DNA from: Monocercomonoides exilis PA203
Lineage: Eukaryota; Protista; Preaxostyla
NCBI GenBank assembly: GCA_001643675.2
Contig: LSRY02000024.1
Coordinates: forward strand, 1,054,001-1,118,000
Reading direction: 5' to 3'
DNA: 64,000 nt
Positions 58,001 through 64,000 of the stretch are shown piece after piece. Under the pieces are notes generated by a model. It was given only the letters and a program-made list of their open reading frames with translations, was not told the DNA's origin and ran no database searches. How positions within the stretch are numbered: position 1 is the first letter of the stretch; each line of letters starts with the position of its first letter. The translations under genes were made by a program, and so were the position numbers.

Positions 58001-59247
58001 GAATCATTTGCTCGACAAATTCTGAAGAATGAGTTAATAATGCAATGTTTTTGTTTTTGAGTCATAATTTCAAAATAACTCAATGCTCCTCCATCATTGG
58101 CAGCAGAACAGTTATTAAATAAACAATCTTCTACCATTGGCTGAACATTTATTGATTCAAACTCAATCCCCCCTCCTCCGAAATCTGAAGTGCCAAATGC
58201 AGCACATTGATCAAATGAAGAATGGAGCACAATGCATTCAGCAATTTTTTGAGCATATATCCCTCCGCCTCTTGTTGATGAAGCACTGCATCTTGTGAAT
58301 GAAGAATTTTCAACAATCAGAATGGCATTTGCATTGTCATGAACATAAAGAGCTCCTCCATATGGGGATGTGCAATCAACCCATTCACACAATGAAAAGG
58401 ATTGACTTTCTGTTGTGTCTATTCGTTGTTTTCTTTCAAGTTCATTCGCCTCTCTTTTCCCAAAGTGTGAAGAAATATTTTTGCAAACAAACTCTTGTGA
58501 AGAAAAAGCTCCACTTGAAATCCCTCCTTCAAAGATATTCACACAAGAATAAATGAGGCAGTTCTCCATCGAACTTCGAAAACACGAATGCTCCATCAGA
58601 TAATCACTGCTTTTGAATGGCTTCACAGAAATGTTCCTGAAGGTGCAGTCATTGATCTGTTCGCTTTTGCTCTTCCCAGACAATAGGAAATTGTCTGAAG
58701 CTGAAACAGCTAGGTTCGAAATGACAGAATTTCTCAAAATGACTGAATTGGAACCATCAGATGAAAATACGAGACTGGATGAATAAATTCCATTTGCGTG
58801 GAGCATGCTCATGTTTGTGAGGCAGATTGACCCACTTTGTAAATGAAACGGAGATGCAGATTTTTGGCGTGAAATGCAGGAATCCATCATTATGCTTGAT
58901 TTGCCTGTAATAAGAACAAATGGCGAGGAAGAATATTCAAGTGCCACGTTTTTCAGTCCAACCGAAGAATTGAAAAATCCAAAAAATGTATTTATTGATG
59001 AAGATGCTCCGTTCTGCCACCTTTTTCCCCAAAGAGAGATATCTGGATTAAGTTCATTAGCTTTTGTGCTTTTTTCAAGAAAATGTTCGTCTTTTGTTCT
59101 GTTCCCATTCAAACAGGCTTGGAAATATTGAAAGCGAGAATCCGCGCTTGCTTCTTGGTTTTCAAGTGAAGAAGTCTGCGTGACACATTGCCCTTCAAAA
59201 ATATTGGCAAAGAGCAACCACGAAAAAAGAAGCCAATGCACGATCAT
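51790..59247 (-). CDS. Pmp-like Cys-rich type I membrane surface protein, copy 2 (2485 aa, single ORF)
   Basis: Signal peptide; repeated GGA(L/I/V) and GGG(I/M) with FxxC/FxxN motifs (GGALYV, GGGIYA, GGALSY, GGAIIH, GGAVGI, GGAINA); CGxxxxPC motifs; one TM helix and a charged tail. Confidence 0.9.
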   Translation of the reverse strand: MIVHWLLFSWLLFANIFEGQCVTQTSSLENQEASADSRFQYFQACLNGNRTKDEHFLEKSTKANELNPDISLWGKRWQNGASSSINTFFGFFNSSVGLKNVALEYSSSPFVLITGKSSIMMDSCISRQKSASPFHLQSGSICLTNMSMLHANGIYSSSLVFSSDGSNSVILRNSVISNLAVSASDNFLLSGKSKSEQINDCTFRNISVKPFKSSDYLMEHSCFRSSMENCLIYSCVNIFEGGISSGAFSSQEFVCKNISSHFGKREANELERKQRIDTTESQSFSLCEWVDCTSPYGGALYVHDNANAILIVENSSFTRCSASSTRGGGIYAQKIAECIVLHSSFDQCAAFGTSDFGGGGIEFESINVQPMVEDCLFNNCSAANDGGALSYFEIMTQKQKHCIINSFFRICRANDSLTGTGGAIIHWNPLDKVVISNCLFCHCYSMCWGGAVGILISQYNQGVLLYFCFFHNNTCVKYGHDVLLQDSTSSNIDSSCYSTRQTSNRVCANLYSIVDRSEWLRNDFGRVRFVSSNETQPNSKDTYACGLDESHACSTISRCLTQLIPDLVPNVEVFSGTIIETNCFDCGANTFSVYGQSNMSTAIQIEFEISGLSLFSVSTGILSVRDFILMHDSSHSNNRWSRLFEITGTGEMHISRLNISTGSEYFSETAFTTEMINVQGGMMRMEHVNWAKTISTTSLFSLSSTNEISLALSECSFDGIERTTSGSAVMSFSNDKANIDLNLCTFEGCGSTTSADGGSMMLCAGNENEVKVKDGAFDGCFCSSSNGLGGGILLRLLNENPDFLISSSFGTNTAKWGRDIFVLSPNLEETATSRKIACVTSSSDSVDKVRGYDNGNTSVAIPLCIYLLPSPSEICVNNIEATDHSHCGIVQFPCLTMKHSLTRQTETKKVVVSGMILMSDELAFEEQKHEIKGNDDQSGWTVSDASSPLNSAMITASVETELSKLIFSLPSSLSSRSTFISSSSSSLTLSQCSLTLQDPSSELAFLFLSVESGILIIDKFSASSIALSGSPLISLSGSSTEAEFMNTPWLNMTNSNFTEIERAAGNGSCVSIDNSHDENSNGEINIEECDFDGCSVAGDGSRGGAINAKLKGNTQLNIVSCTFTGCTAPAGEEKNGFGGGMALKLIDDDSSFVISSPVFDADKPNIAKYGNDVFVESSNLTKSITNTSLPFVSGHLADISLNSLRGFDGNDTTNVIPLIYFWQAIGSEIYIGDKGKDMHACGFSDYPCLSIDYSLMRLSEGNERNVSIIGKGYLRKSVDVSGASIKSKDSSSICSLECVSSLEGAEGAAMKIQGMAHFELINFAITSSFASGVNVLMHVGSSEGLLTVKDCSFTKMKESGEDMINYGLIKAEGGTVVLDFVTMQLLSFSQDVISVLSATILRIKNLTMKNVELEGASGLSITKSSRRENNEIEQNIVIEWSLFEEVTQNITNDIPIIRNEIDDKPLKIVIRNTTMKGCGGKRCGKGGGMFCVLNEGGSFDCSFCTISECFCSSTGRGGWLFLECTSTAEQPLNFVLSNITFRDNSALRGRDVYIRCHSIDAQIVDEQFLLDFRVPFVKELAMWGCTTDSFVDEEDLLLRVMIYQSETIYVSSVADNHTDSKQCGEFNAPCRSLSFGVQHIIPSLYSQLLISEESVINRECDARDVIIRSLKSPSVALVYLNSTIGDDEGSLIRTSGNVRIERLKFNIGKVFSYSGSSIIHEANGQLSLSFVDFSSIEESNGIETIVLNSTLLSIESGILHVDNCSVSLLSFKKPSFLLSGDEISLTNVKLEQIESMANVFELGQCGGVVFNGACADGVKLSEGCIIGISSSTSGTISIGSTSFKNCSRNSEGASVLSASSSSAEIVLSNCSCESCNSLSDKGGIINVNELRNASMNLCQFSGMVAKESKNDNMNTITDICEWNGSLVHLSNTSLMTKDVSILNASSGGMSLSSGNVTIEKGEFFDNNPFIEKYPSLRRNIICSDSASLTISSLKGGDGVMPNSSLWILNDGCTLGGIAGERASPFFIPVLESVETREKGEEREVMFKGKLLLPCNLSFRLVYKTGDVEFVETYEFEENSFVSETEVIGTLPSDKITTVADETEVSVMILFGEKDAPSSTELCIVKNRSDGVASEGVVAKENKKTEWSLIAFIAVAVVLVVVVLTFVAICGIRGRNGISNGKRWSETDSGNKSTTADSEEEKSEEEHEGGLEFIEMPSELQEGVTSESQLLIEEESSRLLKADEIMNRNGVRADILTAFCSGDFAEAQTVLPVLVDQKDGNAVVGFSNGGGTDLKKKKKKEKKRKGRKENLESKENDLEATYDIEDIENRKVQFSEIKTTSERFRRSSEEEIQKEKLFENSHVSCKETNLGFSDFGDEQNEMKDFAVNNSSVSFEGSGEIADAAMANEGPIAKDSKTSVLLNEVFEARGSEVSTDFYNAEEGIVDGRFEDCEIINQEEKVQKKKKKKKRKQKHENIDVVDQMVDET

Positions 59248-59993
59248 CCAGAATAAAACAAATAATTGAGAGCAAATAAAAAGTATTTTTCAGTTGATCA
59301 AAATGGATTTATCTTTTTTTCTGTTCACTTTTCGAGGCTTTGAAGCCTGTGTTGTTGATCACGTCAATGACACAAAAAGAAGGAGTGTTTTCAATAACAA
59401 ACAAAAAAACTAAAGAATTGATGTCTTTTCTTCAAGCCTGGTACCAGTTGGTTCATTTCATCCTTCATGTTTGAGTTTGCTCAATATTTTAGAGATTTGG
59501 TCTCACTTTGAAAAAAAATGCGTTTGAGATTTTTTGATGAAGAATTGAAGTTCAATTTTCGAAATGAAAAGTTATAATTTATATGTTTTTTTTGGTTGTT
59601 TTTTCTTGAATTTTCAAAGAAAAACACAAAAATTGAAAGTCATGAAAGAAATGAGAAGAAAAATAAAAAAGCCTAATTATTATATTTTCAATTGTGATTG
59701 TTTGCAATTCACTCAAGATCCAAAGACATGAAAACAAAAATGTCGTAAATGAAAAACGAGATAAATGCGATTTGTTGAAAAATCTCGTTCTCAACTCTTC
59801 CTTTTGGTGACTTTCTGTTTTCATTTACAACAAAAACACAAGCACACAACTGCTTGGTGCATTACAGATTGCTATACCAATCATTTTTGCAACTTTTCCA
59901 TCAAACAACATAACATTTTATACTTTTCCAACAAGCATGAAAGAGAAAAGAAAAGAAAGAAAGAAAAAAAAAAAAGAATAGAAAATAAGCAGC

Positions 59994-62900
59994 TTATTTT
60001 GCAGACTTCTTCCCCACAATCCTCGGGGAAGGCTTGTAGACAGAAGACGGCGGAGTTTCGCTGAACACAGCCGGCTCTCCTCTCTCGTCGCTGCGGCTGC
60101 GAGAACTCGAATGCGATGGGCGATACGACGATGACGGCGAAGAATAAGAAGGAGACTTGTAGCGGGGCGTCTGGTAGCTCGAGTGGGAGTTTGGCTTGAG
60201 ATAGTATCCGTTCGTGTCCTTTGTGGGCGAAGGGGAGGAGTAGGGGCTGCTCGACAGGTACGACGAGGACGAAGGAGAAGGAGAAGGAGAAGAAGGAGAG
60301 CGAGAAGAAGAATAAGAAGAAGGCGATGAGTAGAGAGAGGCAGAAGGCTGAGTGGGGAAGAAAGAGGAGGCATCGCGTGCTGATGAGCGGGTGGGGCGGC
60401 TGGTATCGCGGTAGCCGAAGCGGCGGAAATCAGTCACGTCTCTGCTGTTTGTGTGCTCGTCCTTCAGCTGCGATGGAACTTTTAGTCATAAAATGAATGG
60501 AAAAGAATATTGTTTGCAAAAAAGGAAAACAAAGAAAAGTGAGATTGATACAGAAAAATTACAAAAATAAAATAAAATAAACTTTTCAATAAACATTTCT
60601 GTAAGGCACACTTTTATCAGCACATTTCCCCACAAAGTCGACATTCACCCTGTTTTTCAATGCCTGGCATCTGGAACTGTATTTTTTTAAATAATGAAAA
60701 AGAATAGAAATGGAACATGAATATGACAATAATAATAACAACAAGAAAAAGAAGAAGCATCTCAAACGTGTAGTCTGCTCCGTCGCATCCGCAGAAAGTC
60801 TGTCCAGTTGGATTTGTGTTGAGCACAACTGCATCTGCATCGCCTTCGCCTGTGTCTCTTCTTCTCTGCCGCTCTTCCTTCTCTTCTCTCTTTTCCCTCT
60901 CTTCCCTCGCCCTCCTCTCTCTCCTCTCCTTCTCGCTCGCCTTCTCCTTCTCCCTCTCCATCGCCTCCTTCTCTGCCATCACCTCCTCTTCGCCTTCGAT
61001 CACCAGCTTCCCTTTCATCAGCGCCTTCATCTCTTTCTCTCCGAGTGTCACATCGTCCTCACACACATCTGGCGCATACCCACACACCCCTTCAATGCTG
61101 CTGTTCCAACACGCCCCGTCTGGCTTTCTGTGGATCGTTGTGGAGAAATCAATAGACAAGAAAAAGATAAAAGGAAGAAAGAAAAGACATGACAGAAATA
61201 TTCAAAACCCAATCACAGAAAAATGAAGTCGTATTAATAAATGTGCATGTCAAAATAAAGAGAAGAGCCAATGAAGAGTCAAATAAAGAAATCAATAAGA
61301 AAAACACAAAAGCAACAAAAGATGTTGCAAAAGAGACAAACATGCACATTTCTCCTGGTCTGCAGTCAATGTCATACGCACAGCTGATCTTCTTCTGTGT
61401 CTTTGAGCCCAACGAAGAAGAAGAATAAGAAGGAGAGGCAGAAGAAGACGAAGTGAGGGAAGAAAGCGCAGTGGAAGGCAGAGAATAAGGCGAAGGCGCT
61501 GCGAAAAGCGGCTGCTGCACGTTGAACTGCTGATTGCGCAGGGCAAACGAAGAGAACGAGGCTGTTTGTGGAGTCATTGAAGGAATGGCAGACACATCTG
61601 ACAGTTTTGGTGGTTGAGAAGAAGAAGAAGGAGAAGAAGAAGAAGAAGCAGAAAGAGGGAAGTTCTGTTCCATTCCCAGTGTCTGATGGAAGCCAGAGGA
61701 AGAGGAAGAGCGAAGAGGGTCAGTTGACTTCACCACTTTCTCTGAGTGTGTGTTGGTTGTTGATTTGTGGGTGGAGAAAGAAGGAGGAACAGAAGAAAAG
61801 AGCTTGGAAGGAGAAGAGAAGGAAGAAGCAGTTAAAGATGGAGAAGAAGAAGGAGAAGGAGAAGGAGAAGGAGAAGAGGATGATGAGGATGAAGGTTGTT
61901 CATAGAAAGGTGTGGAAAAGTGAGAAGGCGGAGAAAAAGGAGTGTAGAAGGAGGAAGGCGTTGATGGGTCTATTGGCGTTGATGTTGAGAAAGAAGGGAT
62001 GAAAGAAGAAGACGATGAAGTTGAAGGAGAAGAAGAGGGAGAAGAAGAAGATGAAGAAGAAGAAGGAGAAGGGAATTCAGGAATAGAGATTGGAGAGAGA
62101 GGCGGGAGTGGCTCATCGAACAGCGAGGAAGAAGGAGGCAAGTCAGAAGAAGCGAAAGAAGAAAACTGAGAAGGTGAAGAAAGCGGGCGAAGAGGCTGAG
62201 AAGCATCTGCCCCTGCCATTTTATGCACAGCCACATTCTCATTCACTTTCTGTTTTGTGTGTTGATTTCCAACAATTTCATCATTCCTCTTCTTCATCAT
62301 CATCTTCTGTTCTTCTTCTTCTTGTTGTTGGTGTTGTTGTTGTGAGCTGTTGTGTCTGAGAATGTCAGCTACGCTGCTGTCGTCGAAGGAGGGTGAGAGA
62401 GCATTCGCCATCAGAGGAAGAAGCGTGTGGCGTGGTAGAGGCGGATGAGACGAGCCAATGGCTGTATGCGGAGGTGCTGTTTGAACGAATTCTTTGCTTT
62501 GCTGCTTTGCCAGCTGCTTCTCAGCAGGTTCTTTGGATTTTTCGGCAGCTTCCTTTTTGAGGTGCTCTTTCAGCTTTTCTTCCTCCAGCAGCTCATCTGC
62601 TGACTCATATCTCGAAAACTCCTTCTTCTTTATGTCTGCTTTGCTTGGCTGTTTGTGCTCTTCATTGGAAGTATTTTCGTTTTGTATGGCTTCATCAACT
62701 TCTCTTTTTGGATATCTTCCATTTTCTTGCATGCTGTTAAATTTCTCTCTCGCTACACTTTCTGAATCAATTGTCATTGTATCGTTCGTTTCTTCTGCTT
62801 CTTTTTTCTTTCTTGCAGCTGATGATGATGCTGCATTGCCAACTTCATAGCGAGATTCTTTCACTTCAATCTTCTCTTCACCGTTGGCATTCATCTGCCC

Positions 62901-63909
62901 ATCTTCTCTTTCATCTTCTTTTGTCATGTCCTTTTTCGCATTCGCTCCACTATTTTTCAGTGAAGGCGGCATTGCAAATCCGTCTGGAAATGTGAAATGC
63001 CTTTCAATTTCGTTTTCTTTCTTTCCACTTGAAACCCCTTTTTCATTTTCATTCATGCCCAACGTTGGATATCTCGGTGCATGCCCAATTTTTGCTTTTT
63101 CTGCACTAAAAGCATCGTCAATATTTCTTTCCAACTGCAAATTTCTGTCTGCTTTCTTTAGGAATTCGTCAGCGCGTGCCTGGTCATAATTTTCTGTCTT
63201 TCCATGAGCTGACCTTGGAGAAACCAGTCCAAATTGCGAGTGCTGAACTGGCTGCATAAATGTGGCAGAAGGAGAAACGCGCGCTGGTAATGAAGAAGAA
63301 AGAATCGGAGATTGATATGGTGCATTTTCTTCAAAATCGTGCTGTGTTTCTGTTGAATAAAGAGGATGAGATGTTTCACGAGGTTGAGTTATCGCTTGAA
63401 GAAAACGCTGCTTCGAGACGTGATAAACATCATCTGTTGGAATTTGTTGCGATGAAGGCTCAGAAGAAAAAAATGTATTTGATGGAGTGTTTGCTGGGAT
63501 TTGTATATCTGGAATTCGTAATGAATCATCGTCAATTGTTTGTGAATTCTTTGGTTTGTCAGTGACAGAAGGTATTCTTGATTCATCATTTGGATTTGCG
63601 CGTAATTGTTGATTATTTGGTTGCGCATTAACCTTCACTTTTATTCGTTCATTCAAAATGCCTTGTTTTGAATTTTCGATTGAAGTTGTGAACTTCGATG
63701 ATAAACTTTTTCGTGGATTCTCTCCTGCATTAGACAAATCTATGCGAGTTCCATGCTGGATTTTTGAAATAAAAATGTATAAAAATAACGATTTCTATTC
63801 TGCAAACCTTATTCAATGTCAAACATGGATAAAATGCAATTAAAATACAAATGCAGGAAAATAAACGAAACAAAAAAATTGTTTTCATATGGCTGCATGA
63901 AGAGGCCAT
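59994..63909 (-). CDS. Putatively secreted low-complexity protein with a Kazal-like Cys module, 5 exons
   Basis: ATG 63909 and a hydrophobic first exon. Inferred introns 63756-63807, 61128-61341, 60677-60767 and 60479-60611 keep frame and build CAYDIDCRPGEMCIKPDGACWNSSIEGVCGYAPDVC...FCGCDGADYTSRCQALKNRVNVDFVGKC. Confidence 0.68.
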
Positions 63910-64000
63910 AAATTAAACCCAAGTAGCTTTTCGATTTATTAAAAACTCGTCATTGTTTTCTCAATAAAATATTGTGGGATATTTCTCCAAGCAATCAATT

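Overview
Eukaryotic, AT-rich protist DNA in the standard genetic code with short GT-AG introns. The gene families and low-complexity style most resemble the oxymonad Monocercomonoides; this is my inference, not a database result. Housekeeping genes are an SMPD4-like gene head-to-head with a TLC-domain gene, a giant single-ORF CHD6-9/Kismet-type remodeller, a USP36-like deubiquitinase and a split calmodulin-like protein. Accessory genes are two inverted, mosaic paralogues of a Pmp-like Cys/GGA-repeat surface protein, a secreted LysM-GH19 hydrolase of bacterial/phage type, and a secreted protein with a disrupted Kazal domain. The non-coding DNA holds two near-perfect palindromes. The 1.15 kb one has a MITE in each arm. 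The 10.8 kb one has a cargo-bearing hAT-type element (8-bp TSD GTTTGCAT) in each arm, a Merlin/IS1595-type transposase pseudogene in the spacer cut at the fold-back junction, and an outer end that coincides with the breakpoint of the surface-gene duplication. No rRNA, tRNA or CRISPR array was seen.
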